Under the pieces are notes generated by a model. It did not search any database. It had not been told where the DNA came from and was given only the letters and a program-made list of their open reading frames with translations. A stretch of DNA of 54,352 nt, filler included, from Squatina squatina (taxonomy: Eukaryota): NCBI GenBank assembly GCA_031763465.1. It is 2 parts of 2 records of this genome, joined end to end, with 100 filler letters (N's around TTAATTAATTAA, not from the genome) between each part and the next. Parts side by side here need not be neighbours in the genome. Positions count along the whole stretch, not along the records: positions 1 to 22,676 come from JARFOE010000234.1; 1 more part is not named here. One strand, 5' to 3'. Every line of letters starts with the position of its first letter. Position 1 is the first letter of the stretch. This document shows, piece by piece, positions 11,017-22,676 of this stretch. Made by a program: the position numbers and the translations under genes.

Positions 11017-12956
11017 GTAAGTACAGGTCCCATCATTGAGGTGAATTTTATGGGTGGGATGGGGGCTAGGCTTTGTTAGAGCTGAATCATGGAAAATGTC
11101 CGACTGTGCTGTCCGCATGACTTAGTCACATTTTGTATCGGCCAGTCTTGGCTGTATTGTGCTTTATAAGATTAACCTGCAGTGGGTAGAGAATGAGAGT
11201 GGGGATTTTGGGGGCTGATCGTCCCATTCATGCACCTGTTGCTGTTGGATTGTCTGGGCCAGAGCTTAACCGACAATCGGATGAGGAGGAACGTTCAGTC
11301 ATAGAGCAGCCCATCCAGTTTTTCGTCCATTTAAATTAGCGGACAATAAAAATTGACCATGAAGCTATCGGCTTGTTGTAAAAACCCAACTGGCTCACTA
11401 ATGTCCTTTAGGAAGGGAAACCTGCCATTCTTACCCGGTCTGGCCTTTGTGTAATTCCAATCACACACCAACATGGTTGATCCTTTAACTGTCCTCCGAA
11501 ATGTCTCAGCAAGCCATTCAGTTGCATTAAACCACCTTAAGGGCAATTAGGGATGGGCAGCCTTGCTGATGTCACTCACATTGTGAGAATGAGTTAAAAA
11601 TTTACAAAATCAGTGCCCACAAACTAGGCGTTCAGGCCTACATGCCCAGCTTACATGGGCTCTCCCTGCAGTGCATGGGTACAATCGGCCATCTCACCAT
11701 CGCAAAGTCATCCCTCCAATTTTAACCGCTGGGTAAAGATGACCTCTGGACATGTGTAATCAGCACCCACGCTCTGTAACACTTAAATGAACTCCTACTA
11801 GGTTTAGAAAGTGTCCTTGGACATTTCAGGGGAACCCATGGATACTCTTGATAACCCAATATCTCTTTCTTTGGCTTGACTTTAATTTCTGTCTCCCCTC
11901 CTCATTTTCCATCGCCCTTCAATTATTTCAGTTTCAAGTATTTATCCAATTCTCTTTTGAAAGTTATTATCGGGTGGAAATTCAATACACTCGGGGTGCA
12001 TACGGAGCGCACACGTGCCCGGAGAGACCCCACAAGTTTCAGGTTTAGGGCCGCACTGCAAATGCCCCTAAATCCGGAACTCGCGATCTGGTAAAGAGCT
12101 TTCCTGAGCGGAGAATTGGGCTATTTGCCCAACTCTGGCCCATAGAAAGCTCTTTAATTCCTTACGCATGGTAAAAGCAAGTGTACAGGCCTGCTTTNNN
12201 NNNNNNNNNNNNNNNNNNNNNNNNNNNNNNNNNNNNNNNNNNNNNNNNNNNNNNNNNNNNNNNNNNNNNNNNNNNNNNNNNNNNNNNNNNNNNNNNNGCT
12301 GGTACTGCACAATTGAAATGGAATGTCTGCCATTCTCAGTACAAACATCCCAAAATTTGATGAGCACTACATGCACAGAAAAATTAGTGAGCTGGGGGTG
12401 GTGGGGGCCACAGTCTGAAAAGTTGGTGATTCAGAAACCTGAATTATAATTTCTTTAAAATCCAACACTCAGTCCCTGAAATGTTAAAGGTGAGTTTCCC
12501 TCTGTGTGGTAGATTTATTATTGTGTCACTGTGAGTGGGGTCAGAGCTATTTGTCAGGCTGGGTCAAGTAGAGCAAATTCCTGCTGGGCTCTCTGTTGCT
12601 GGGCAACACACCTCCAGGCCTCATCCCTTGTTGTAAGAATTACTCAGCATCTGAGACTGAGAACATTGTGCTGGCTGACGACTAATATGGTCAAGCTGCA
12701 CTCTCCCGCCTTCATGTTGAGCTTTATTCGCATGAGTTCTGTGTTCTGGGCTTCATCCATCCTATGGATTTGGTGAAAATATTAGAACCATGCCAAGGCC
12801 CTGCAGCAACACACTCTCCATCCACCCTCGCACAGGCTACTACACATCCACATTCCCCCAGCAATTAGTGCCATTCATCACTCTCTAGGTCTTCCCCTCT
12901 CATTCCCACCTCCACCAACTGCACCAATGACTCACTCCCTCTCTTTTGGTATTAAT

Positions 12957-13265
12957 CGTGGCTCAGTGAGTAGCACACTCGCCTCTGAGCCAAAAGTTCC
13001 TGGGTTCAAATCCCACTCAAGTAATTCAGCACATAAATCCAGGCTGACACTCTCAATGCAGTACTACCTCAGTACTGAGGGAGTGCTGTGCTGTCAGAGT
13101 GTGCCGCCTCTCAGGTGAGACATTAAACTGAGGCCCTGTCTGCTCTCTCAGGTGGACATAAAAGCTCCCAGGGCACTATTTGGTCCTGGCCAATACTTAT
13201 CTCTCAATCAACATAACAAAAACAGATTATCTGGTCATTGTCACATTGCTGTTTGTGGGAGCTTG
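12957..13265 (+). mobile_element. tRNA-derived Deu-domain SINE (SacSINE1/AmnSINE-like)
   Basis: A box TGGCTCAGTGAG, B box GGTTCAAATCCC, and Deu-like core gagacattaaactgaggcc...caggtggacataaaag...tcctggccaat. Confidence 0.8.
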
Positions 13266-14329
13266 NNNNNNNNNNNNNNNNNNNNNNNNNNNNNNNNNNN
13301 NNNNNNNNNNNNNNNNNNNNNNNNNNNNNNNNNNNNNNNNNNNNNNNNNNNNNNNNNNNNNNNNNCCAGGTAAATTCCTACGGATCTTTCTGGTCAGAGG
13401 CCTGCATCTGCGGGAAGGCTCCAACCAGAATTTCAGCCGCAATAGCTAGTTTTTGTTTAAGTTTTGTGGTTAGCTGGTGCCCAAGCTAGTGTTGTCTTCC
13501 TTGCGTTTCCTAAATTTGGTGTAACGTGCTGTCACTGCTTACATGTCACCCCCTACAGCTCCCAGGAACATTACCTGGTGACCCACAAGGAGAAAAGTTT
13601 GGACACCAGATTGCCATCGGTGGGGACATTCATACAAGAGGTGTGGTAAGGTGGGATTTTCATCAATTTAAATGCCCGACACAGACCCCAGCAAATTTCC
13701 TGGGCTCAGCCTCATTTACATATTCACGGTAGGTTCTGAGCTGTATTGCCACCCGGGCTTGGGAGCTCGCGATTGGGTGAGGGGAGGGGGTTGTGTTGTA
13801 ATTAGCCATTGCTGCAAGGATCAGACACCCACAGCAGTCTAAAGGGCCAGGCTGCCCCCCTCAATTGGGGTCACCTTGCTGGTTCCATTCCTGCAAATCC
13901 TGGTAATAAGGGGAACATTGTAAGTCTCTCACTCCACCATAGTCCCTGCCTAGGCATTTAAAGGTTCCTCCATGTTTCCCATTGCCGAGCAACACTGCCT
14001 GTTGCATGTGTGTATGAACTAATGTTACTGAGGCAATTAAAAGGGAAGTGTCACTCCGTCAGTATCACCTCATTTAAATGCTCCTGTCCGAAGCTGGCTG
14101 AGTGCTTCCAGCATCTGGTAGAAGTGATGCCAGAAAACACATTGTGCACAAAAGTGGGCAAGGATCCCGTTACCTGATCCATTTCTGCATTCGCCCGCCC
14201 AAATACCTCTAAACCAGTCCAATGGCAGAGCAGAATCCTGCCACAGGGCCTGCTCTAAAATGACACAATAATTACAACGATTGATACATCAGTGCTTAAA
14301 GAGGAAGTACATCCTAATGCATTGGGCTG

Positions 14330-15714
14330 CCGTCCTGACTGTAATAGATAGCTGGTTGAGTGTGACCAGTGCCTCGATGCTGGGAATGTTGGCCTGAGAG
14401 AAGACGCTCACATTGGTACACCTAGCCTGCCAGTGGATTTCCAGGATTTTGCAGTCAGCATTGGTGGTATTTCTCGAGTGCTTTGAGGTGCCTGCTGTAC
14501 ATTGACCATGTCTCTGACACATACAGGAGGGTGGGATTCACTGCTGCCCTGGCTTGAGGTCCTTACCTTCAAACACTCTTTTCCTCAAACAGCCGAAGGC
14601 TGTGCTGGCACACAGGAGGCGATGTTGGATTTCATCATCTATGTCTGCCTTCGCTGAGAGGGAGGCTCCCAAAGTATGGAAAATGATCCACGTTGTCCAG
14701 GGGCTCGCTGTGAATCTTGACAGTTGGGGGGCAGTGTTGTGTGGCTGGGGCAGGCTTGTGTAGGACCTTTGCCTTATGGATGTTTAGTGTGACACTCATT
14801 CTCTCGTATGCCTCAGTGAATAAATCAATGATGGTTTGGAGCTCAGCCTCCGAGTGTGCACAGACACAAGCATTGTCTGCNNNNNNNNNNNNNNNNNNNN
14901 NNNNNNNNNNNNNNNNNNNNNNNNNNNNNNNNNNNNNNNNNNNNNNNNNNNNNNNNNNNNNNNNNNNNNNNNNNNNNNNNCACTGTGGATCTTAATATTC
15001 GGGGGGTTGTGTTGTGCGGCTGGGGCAGTCTGGTGTAGAACCTTTGTCTTGCGGATGTTTAGCTTAAGGCCCATTCTGTCGTATGCCTCAGTGAATAAAT
15101 TGACGATGGATTGGAGCTCAGCCTCCGAGTGTGCCCACATGCAAGCGTCATCTGCGTACTGCAGCTCGATGATGGAGGTTGGGGTGGCCTTGGTTCTGGA
15201 CTGGAGGAGGCGGAGGTTGAAGAGTTTCCCACTCGTCCTGTAGATTAGCTCTGCTCCAGCGGGGTGCTTCATGCAGATGGGACAGAGTGTTGTGGCAAGG
15301 AAGATGGAGAAAAGCGTCAGTGCTATGACACAGCCTTGCTTGACCCCAGTATGCACTTGAATTGGGTCTGTGGTTGAACCGTTGGTGAGGATCACAGCTT
15401 GTATGTCATCGTGGAGGATGGTGACGAATTTTTGTGGGCAGCCAAACTCGAGGAGAACCCTCCATAATCCCTCCCAGAGGTTGATGCTGCTCTCTGCACT
15501 TTTCTTGGATTTGCCGCGCACTGACAATCTTGTCCGTTGTGCTTCTTGATGGGCGGAATCCGCATTGTGACTCTTAGAGGAGCTCTTCAGTCACTGGCAG
15601 GAGAGGGTTGAGGAGGATTCTTGCGATGACCTTCCCTGTGGCGGACGGCAGGGAGACCCCTCTGTAATTTCCGAAATCGGACTTGTCTCCTTTCTTGAAG
15701 ATGGTCACGATTAT
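14330..15714 (-). mobile_element. RTE-clade LINE ORF2 fragments from two different copies on either side of a gap
   Basis: IVTIFKKGDKSDFGNYRGVSL, GVKQGCVIA, ELQYADDAC and GLKLNIRKTKV motifs. 14720-14880 and 14981-15160 are diverged duplicates of the same segment. Confidence 0.9.
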
Positions 15715-15814
15715 NNNNNNNNNNNNNNNNNNNNNNNNNNNNNNNNNNNNNNNNNNNNNNNNNNNNNNNNNNNNNNNNNNNNNNNNNNNNNNNNNNNNNN
15801 NNNNNNNNNNNNNN

Positions 15815-15990
15815 ATATATACCACAAAAAGCAAGGGACCTGGTACTGAGCCCTGTGGAACCCCACTGGAAACAGCCTTCCAGTCACAAAATCACCCATC
15901 GATCATTCCCCTTTGCTTCCTGCCTCTGAGTCAATTTTGGATCCAACTTGCCACTTTGCCTTGGATCCCATGGGCTTTTACTTTCATCAT
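15815..15990 (-). mobile_element. CR1 reverse transcriptase fragment
   Basis: Reverse strand encodes WKAVSSGVPQGSVPGPLLFVVYI. Confidence 0.85.
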
Positions 15991-15992
15991 TT

Positions 15993-16240
15993 AGATGAGA
16001 CGTTAAACCGAGGCCCCATCTGTTCTCTCAGGTGGACATAAAAGATCCCATGGCTCTAGTTTCGAAGAAGAGCAGGGGAGTTCTCCATGGTGTCCTGGCC
16101 AATATTTATCCCTCAGCCAACATCACTAAACAAAACAGATTCCTGGTCATTATCACATTGCTGTTTGTGGGAGCTTGCTGTGTGCAAATTGGCTGTCACG
16201 TTTCTCACACTACAACTACACTTCAGCACTTTGGGACGTC
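15993..16240 (+). mobile_element. Deu-domain SINE, 5'-truncated
   Basis: gatgagacgttaaaccgaggcccc...gatcccatggc...gtgtcctggccaatatttatccc. Confidence 0.82.
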
Positions 16241-16641
16241 CAGTGGTTCCAACTCACCGCTGTGAACAGAGCGACAGCTGGGTACTGATAAACGTCCCGC
16301 AATTTTTGGAGCAATCTCAGGCTAATTTTAGTTGAGCCTTTCATTCAGGCAACACGAGCTGAAATTCTCTAAACATCCCTTTTATTCTCTATTCCTTGTA
16401 AATCAGTGCCTGATCCAGATTAAACTGCATGGGTTTAACCAGAATCCCTCTGATAAACAGGCTTCCAATTATTTTCAAATCAAATTGTATTTAATAATAA
16501 TCCCAGATGTCAAGTTCCGGTTTATTTGACCTTAAGTGCAGTCGTTATTGGGATTCGGAGGGATAGAAATCAAATCCTCCATGACTGGGAGATAAACAGA
16601 CAGTCTCTCTCGACAGGGAGATGAACAGTCCCGGGACACAG

Positions 16642-17265
16642 TGGGGGAAATTTTAACAACAACAACTTGCATTTATATAGCAACTTTAACATAGTAAAAA
16701 GTCCCAAGGCACTTTACAGGAGTAATACAAGACAAAAAAAAACCCAAAACAGGCGGATTAAAGTCGAGTGAGATGTAAAAACTTTTAAATCTTCAAACCC
16801 GACCCCAACCCGCCCACTTTCAGGTTCAGCAGAGGCGGGGCAGGGGGCGGGCAGCCAACCTACTCCCAGAGATGGAGACGGGTTGGCCATTTAAATATTT
16901 TAATCAGGCTGGGAGCCTCAGATTTAACCTGCTTTCCGGGTTTAACCTTGACCAACCTAGGGTTTCCTAGACCTCGGGAAACCCGGCAGCTCAAGGGAGG
17001 TGAGGGCAGCTTCAGGGAAAAAGTGAGTGCAGCTTTGAGGAGAAGGTAAGAACCTTTCCAGCACTGCTCGTGGGCCAGCAGGAGCAGGATTGCTTCCCTC
17101 CGGCCTCTCAAGCTTCCCTCGGTTCTCACCTCACATCCAAAGAACCCGGCCCCCAAACTCCCACTAACGCAGCAACAGGTTTCTGAGGATGCAGCTTGGT
17201 CCCGATTGCTCCCCACCTGACTGGGAGCCAAGCCTGCCAACTGGGCTGGCTTCTGGGCAGGGATC
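16642..17265. mobile_element. Harbinger-like MITE end with an inverted SINE/L2-type tail nested at ~16657-16740
   Basis: GGGGGAAATTTTAAC terminus, then (CAA)n-ttgcatttatatagc tail, then GC-rich body. Confidence 0.45.
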
Positions 17266-17547
17266 NNNNNNNNNNNNNNNNNNNNNNNNNNNNNNNNNNN
17301 NNNNNNNNNNNNNNNNNNNNNNNNNNNNNNNNNNNNNNNNNNNNNNNNNNNNNNNNNNNNNNNNNGCGCCTCCGGGGCTCAGCACTTAGCGCCTAAAGTG
17401 TCCACTTTGCGCTTCCCGATAGCACCTGCCGGGACAAAAGTGGCCAATTTAGCAGCACAATTGCACCTCCGATTGGAGACGCTAATTACTCATAAACCTT
17501 TTGGTTAGTGCTTCCACGGAGGCGCTAGCAAATTCCCCCCCCCCGGT

Positions 17548-18270
17548 CTGGAAACTCACTGGAACGTCAGGGAGGAGCACAGCCAGAACACTTTGCACTG
17601 CAACAATGGCCCTAGTCTACTCTGCTGCAGAATACTGCTCTGTCTCGTGGTCCTGCAGCCTCCACACAAAGATCGTGGATGTGCAGCTAAATGCTGCCAT
17701 GGCTACAGTGTCAGGGATGCTTAAGTCCACTTCAACAGAGTGGCTCCCGGTGCTGTCCCACACTGCCTGCCTGCCATTCGCCACAACGCCATCGTGCTCC
17801 ACAAGATGGAAAAAACCATGAGCAACATCGACCTTCCCATTTACGAAGACTTGAAAGACCCACCATTAAAGCACTTAAAATCACGCCGGCCATTCTGGGA
17901 AACAACAGCCAATATTCGTGCAGCTGGTGTCGAACCACTATCCAGATGGACGGAATTGTGAGACGCACTCGATATAAAGAACCAACACCTCATCACTGAC
18001 CCAACAACAGAGGTCTCTGGCTTTGACCTCCCTCGAAGACATTGGACAGCGCTCAGCCCAATCCGCACAGGGAATGGACGATACGACCAACTGCTCCACA
18101 AGTGGATGATGAGGGATGTCCTAGATTGTGACTGTGGCCATGAGTCCCACATCACATGGAACACATCACATCAACCTGCCCACTAAGGTGTGCTGTGGGA
18201 GGCACCTCATTCCTCCACTCAGCATCTCAGCAGACCAGCGAATGGATAGCCAAACTAGACATCCCATTAT
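17548..18270 (+). mobile_element. I-group LINE (Ingi/Vingi-like) ORF C-terminal region, frameshifted
   Basis: ALVYSAAEYC..W, VDVQLN, WLPVLS, LKSRRPFW, GFDLPRRHW, IRTGNGR, LLHKW and a degenerate CDCG...H...CP zinc knuckle; these motifs are not CR1, L2 or RTE type. Confidence 0.65.
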
Positions 18271-18289
18271 AAGCTTTTCCCGTTATATT

Positions 18290-18459
18290 TGAATTTGAAT
18301 TTCTTTTCCATGGCTCATATCAAGGCGCCACGGGGGACATTGGCAATGTCTCCCACTGTGCCGTCCACTGCAGCACTCACCAGGTGACCAAGGCTCTGAA
18401 CCGTAGGAGGAGGCAGTACATCTCCTTCTCCATGACCAGGGAGAAGCAGCATGAGCGAG
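18290..18459 (+). mobile_element. PIF/Harbinger (HARBI1-like) transposase fragment
   Basis: LNFF-(frameshift)-GSYQGATGDIGNVSHCAVHCSTHQVTKALNRRRRQYISF matches the Harbinger HTH-to-DDE junction. Confidence 0.75.
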
Positions 18460-18767
18460 NNNNNNNNNNNNNNNNNNNNNNNNNNNNNNNNNNNNNNNNN
18501 NNNNNNNNNNNNNNNNNNNNNNNNNNNNNNNNNNNNNNNNNNNNNNNNNNNNNNNNNNNAGTCTAAATGCAATCACCAGCTCTAATTATACAGTCCGTCA
18601 AACACAATTATGGAATGATTCTTAGCTCTCTGATAATTGATGCGGTCCATGCAGAAGCCTCCAATGTACACAGTGAAGGCATGTCCTTCCGACAAAGTTA
18701 CAAAAGGGGAAGTATCTCCTGTGATTATTGATTACTCACTGTAAATAACTCTTATTTAAAATTGAAA

Positions 18768-18935
18768 TCTTTGACATCCACCTGAGAGGGCAGATGGGGC
18801 ACCTCTGGCAGTGCAGCACTCTCTCAGTACTTCACTGGGAGTGTCCGCCGAGATTATGTGCTCAAGTCCCTGGGACTTTGAACTCGTAACTTCCTGACTC
18901 AGTGGGCAAGAGTGCTGCCCACTGAGCCACGGCTG
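18768..18935 (-). mobile_element. Deu-domain SINE 5' half immediately upstream of the NIM1K ATG
   Basis: Reverse strand reads gccgtggctcagtgggcagcac...gagttcaaagtccc...acttgagcacataatc...caggtggatgtcaaagat. Confidence 0.8.
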
Positions 18936-19011
18936 AGACCCAAGAGTGATGTAGGGGGAGAAGGAAATACCCAAACCGAGCGCAAAGAAGCCGAGGTGCC
19001 CGTTCCAGAGT

Positions 19012-19303
19012 ATGACCGCGGTCTATGCCAATGGTGGCACCATGGTCAACCACCGCTACAGCCGCTGGAGCCGGCAGAACAGCGCAGAGGACTACCCGCG
19101 GGCAGAGGTCTACGAGGAGGGTGAGGATGGGCAGCCGCGCAGGCTGACCCCGCTGGAGAAGCTCTCCCACGAGATGGCGCATGATGAGCGGACCATCAAG
19201 GAGGTGACGCTGGGCAAACGGATCGGCTTCTACCGCGTGCGAGGCGAGATCGGCAGCGGCAACTTCTCGCAAGTCAAGCTTGGTGTCCACTCACTGCCGA
19301 AAG
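19012..19303 (+). CDS. NIM1K: Serine/threonine kinase NIM1, first coding exon
   Basis: MTAVYANGG...RLTPLEKL...EVTLGKRIGFYRVRGEIGSGNFSQVKLGVHSL with the kinase Gly-rich loop; phase-1 donor AAAG|GTagtg. Confidence 0.96.
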
Positions 19304-19309
19304 GTAGTG

Positions 19310-19623
19310 ACCAGGAGGGACCGGGGTCCGTGTCCAAGGGGAACCGGGGTCACGGACTGGGGGGTCAGGGACTGGGGGTCAGGGACCGAGGGGAACCGCG
19401 GTCACGGACTGGGGGTAAGGGACTGGGATCAGGGAGCGGGGTTCAGGGAGCGGGGGTCAGGGACCGGGGATCAGAGACCGAGGGGGACTGGGGTCAGGGA
19501 ATGGGGGTCAAGGACCAGGGTCCAGGGGTCAGGGTTGAGGGTCTGGGACCGGGGTCAGTGACTGAAGGGGAGCGGGGGTCAGGGAGCGGGGTCAGTGACC
19601 GAGGGGGACCGGGGCTCAGGGAC
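19310..19623. repeat. G-rich degenerate minisatellite (GGGGTCAGGGACC-like) in the NIM1K intron
   Basis: Many imperfect copies of ggggtcaggga(c/g). Confidence 0.85.
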
Positions 19624-20365
19624 TAATCTTGTTGTGCGAGGCCCCTTGGGCAAGAGTGACCATAATATGGTAGAATTCTTCATTAAGATGGAGAGTGACA
19701 NNNNNNNNNNNNNNNNNNNNNNNNNNNNNNNNNNNNNNNNNNNNNNNNNNNNNNNNNNNNNNNNNNNNNNNNNNNNNNNNNNNNNNNNNNNNNNNNNNNN
19801 TATGCTTGGTTTTACCAGCATAAGAGTTGTTAAAAATTTTTAATCAAAAAAATTAATGGTACATTATTTTAAATCATTCCCCGTAAGGTAAGTAATTTTA
19901 AAAGATTTTTTATTGAATTTCAATAAAGAGTCTTATTTATCTCCTTTTTATTAAATTTTACTGTTAGAATAGTTCTTTTTAAAATGTTTTGGGATGTGTT
20001 TGTGTTACTTTTCATCTTTCATTCATGTTTTGACAGTTCTCAGAACTGTCAAAAGCTTGAATGAAAGGTGCTCCGACCTGATTGTTTGGAGCCTCCCATG
20101 TGACCTTTCCAGCCTTTACACTGGACTTCCCCAGGAATCTACAGAGCCCCGCTCCGAAACTCCAACTCAGGGGTGCTGAATCTCGCACGGTCGCGTGAAT
20201 CGAGGACCGTCAGGTAAGTACGTAAATATTTTTTCCATCAGAGGCTCCCGCACACAGGAAGCCTCCGATCGCAATTTCAGGGCCACAGTGTCTGTATAAG
20301 GTCTGAGGATATATTTCACTTGTGAGAGATACATTGCCTACATAAGGTCGGAAATGCAGACTCAC

Positions 20366-20813
20366 CGTCCCAGGAGCTGGACTCCACCCAATTGACGGAG
20401 TTGAACAGAGCAGCGGTTCCGCCGTAGCAGGCGTTGGTGGTGTCGATGCCCTCAATGTCGGTGTTGCCGGACTCCTCGAAGAGCTGCATGAGGACGGTCT
20501 TCACCGACTTGGATTTGTCGATGATGGTCTCAGTGCCCACCTCCAGCCGCCCAATGCTCTCGTACGGCAGGCTATTCCTCTCCAGCAGCCGGTGCACGGC
20601 GGTCAGGCACAGAGAGTTAATGTCCTCGCGGTCGGAGCAGAAGCCCATCCTGGACTGGCCCAGGCCCACTGTGTACTTGCCCGCATCCACCCCATCGAAC
20701 TTCTCCAGCTCCGTCTGCTCCACGTACTGCGACGGGAAGTAGATCTCCATGGCAATGATACCCACATCCTTGGGCCAGCCAGCCTCAGCATTGACAGGAA
20801 GGGATCCAGGCAT
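20366..20813 (-). CDS. HMGCS1: Cytosolic HMG-CoA synthase, first coding exon
   Basis: [19 protein letters not shown]...catalytic [14 protein letters not shown]...SSSWDG; acceptor 10 nt before the ATG, donor G|GTgagt. No mitochondrial presequence, so HMGCS1 rather than HMGCS2. Confidence 0.97.
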
Positions 20814-22177
20814 CGTGGAAAGACTGCGGAGAGAGGAGGAACAAAAATAAATGTCGTGAGGAGTCTGNNNNNNNNNNNNNNNNNNNNNNNNNNNNNNNNN
20901 NNNNNNNNNNNNNNNNNNNNNNNNNNNNNNNNNNNNNNNNNNNNNNNNNNNNNNNNNNNNNNNNNNNTCAGCATGACCCTACCCTCTTGCCCCTTACCCC
21001 CGACACCCCCCCATTGCACCCGCTCACTGCGCCCCCTCCTCACCTCCCTCTGGGTCCCCCCTCTCCTCGCCTCCCCCGCCCCACCGATCGCGGAACCCCA
21101 CCCCATCACCCCTGCATCCCCGGAACTATTAATCAAACCTCAAACCTCAATCCTCTGTCCCTGGCCCTCCATGTACACCCGCTAGCGTGAGGCTGAGAAT
21201 AAGTGCGATGAGATATTACCTAAGGTTTTTGGTTGCTGTCTATTCCTGTTTTTACTGTTAATGCCTTTGTGTTCGATAAACATCGTTATTTTACCAACCA
21301 CCTGCTCTCAACCTAAACCTCACCCCAGTCTCAAATCTACATGACCGTGTGCAGTCTTCAGGAGTATTTTCTTCTGAAACAATCAAAGCAACGCTGGCAT
21401 TTGACCCCTGTGGTGTAACCTTAAAATTGAAGTGGTCAGGATATTTTTTTTGCAAGCCATTTAATTTATTGGACAGGCACAGAATATTCAAACTTCCAGC
21501 ACGTTGAAGATCTCGAGAAGCTGTAGGCTTTTTTCTTGTGTCGTGAGCCTTTGCTGAGTTTTTGTCCCAGTGTTGCCTCATCAGTGCTTTTCTTTCTCGA
21601 GCAGAACTATTGAAAACCAGGAGACTCTCAATACATTCCCAGAGTAGGAATTGGCATTGAATCTAAACAGGAGAGAGAGTTACAAGCCAAGGTTTAGAAA
21701 CAGCACAATTATTGACAGTGTCTGTAATTGGGCACTTCGCAGACATTGAATTACTGTGGAGTGCAGTGACTAGTTATTCAAGCACATGGGGCAACCAAAT
21801 TGTGCATAGGTAGAGCCCACAGACAGTAGTAGGGTGAGTGACCTGTTTTGGTGGTGGTGATTGAGGGAGAATGTTGGCCCAGGATATTAGGAGCAGGCTC
21901 TTGTTTGAATGGGCCATTCATCAAATTAATGTTTTGGGGATCCTACAAAAAGTCACCGCATTTCAAAGCCATTCTATGATAGCCTTTGAGAGCAGTGGTG
22001 TGATGCTCCATCAATGCATTATTTGTTTTCTCTAGCCAAGTCCCATTTTAATTAAAGATATTTATTTGCACTTCTAAGTGTGGGGATATTTTTCCTTCCT
22101 CTGCAGTGTTCTTGAACTGTTTCTGTTGCCTCGCCCACTGTTCCCTGTCCCGCTCACTGTCCTGCTCTGTTTTTCAG

Positions 22178-22676
22178 GAACAATGCAGCTTCACCGATGG
22201 CCAAAGCCAAGACATCTGGCAAGAGGAAAGTCAAGAAGTGGACGATAGCGGAAACGTCGAACGTCATTACGGAAACCCTGCCATCCATCCAGGAGACGGA
22301 GACGGTGGAGATCGACCAGGAGAACGTCTTTACCACGGAGATCGTGGAGATCGATGCGGAGGCGGAGGAGATGGAAGATGAGGCTGCTGCTGCTGCTGCC
22401 GCGGAAGCGGTGGAGAACCTGTCAACAGCAGACGAATCGACACGGCCGTCTGGCAACGTGGTGGGCTCGGAGCAGCCAGCGGAGTCAGCACTGGCCCTGC
22501 TCGCCGACATCACCAGCAAGTACCAGCAGGATGAGCTGGACAAGGAGCTGGAGAAGGAAGGGGAGCGGGAGCCCGCGGTCCGGTCCCGCGAGGAGTCGGA
22601 GGCTTCCATGACGTCGGAGGACGGGATTCACATTGTGGAGGTGCTGGCGCAGGGCGACAAGCTGTTCTGCTGTGAG
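22178..22676 (+). CDS. ZNF131: Zinc finger protein 131 (BTB-ZF) linker exon running into the first zinc finger (partial)
   Basis: tttttcAG|GAAC acceptor; IAETSNVITE and SALALLADITSKY motifs of ZNF131; ends LFCCE at the gap; neighbour of NIM1K/HMGCS1 in human. Confidence 0.9.

Noticed and set aside
12957-13030. tRNA gene (A and B boxes; likewise at ~27750 and ~26590)
   Set aside because: These are SINE heads that continue into the Deu body and do not form a cloverleaf.
14720-15160. Tandem duplication within an RTE element
   Set aside because: The two similar segments are on different contigs and are diverged copies juxtaposed by scaffolding.
19304-19626. Gly-rich C-terminal extension of the NIM1K ORF
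   Set aside because: Read-through into an intronic G-rich repeat past the donor site.
20434-20742. Plus-strand ORFs over HMGCS1 (and minus-strand ORFs over ZNF131 and KIAA1671)
   Set aside because: Antisense shadows of real coding exons.
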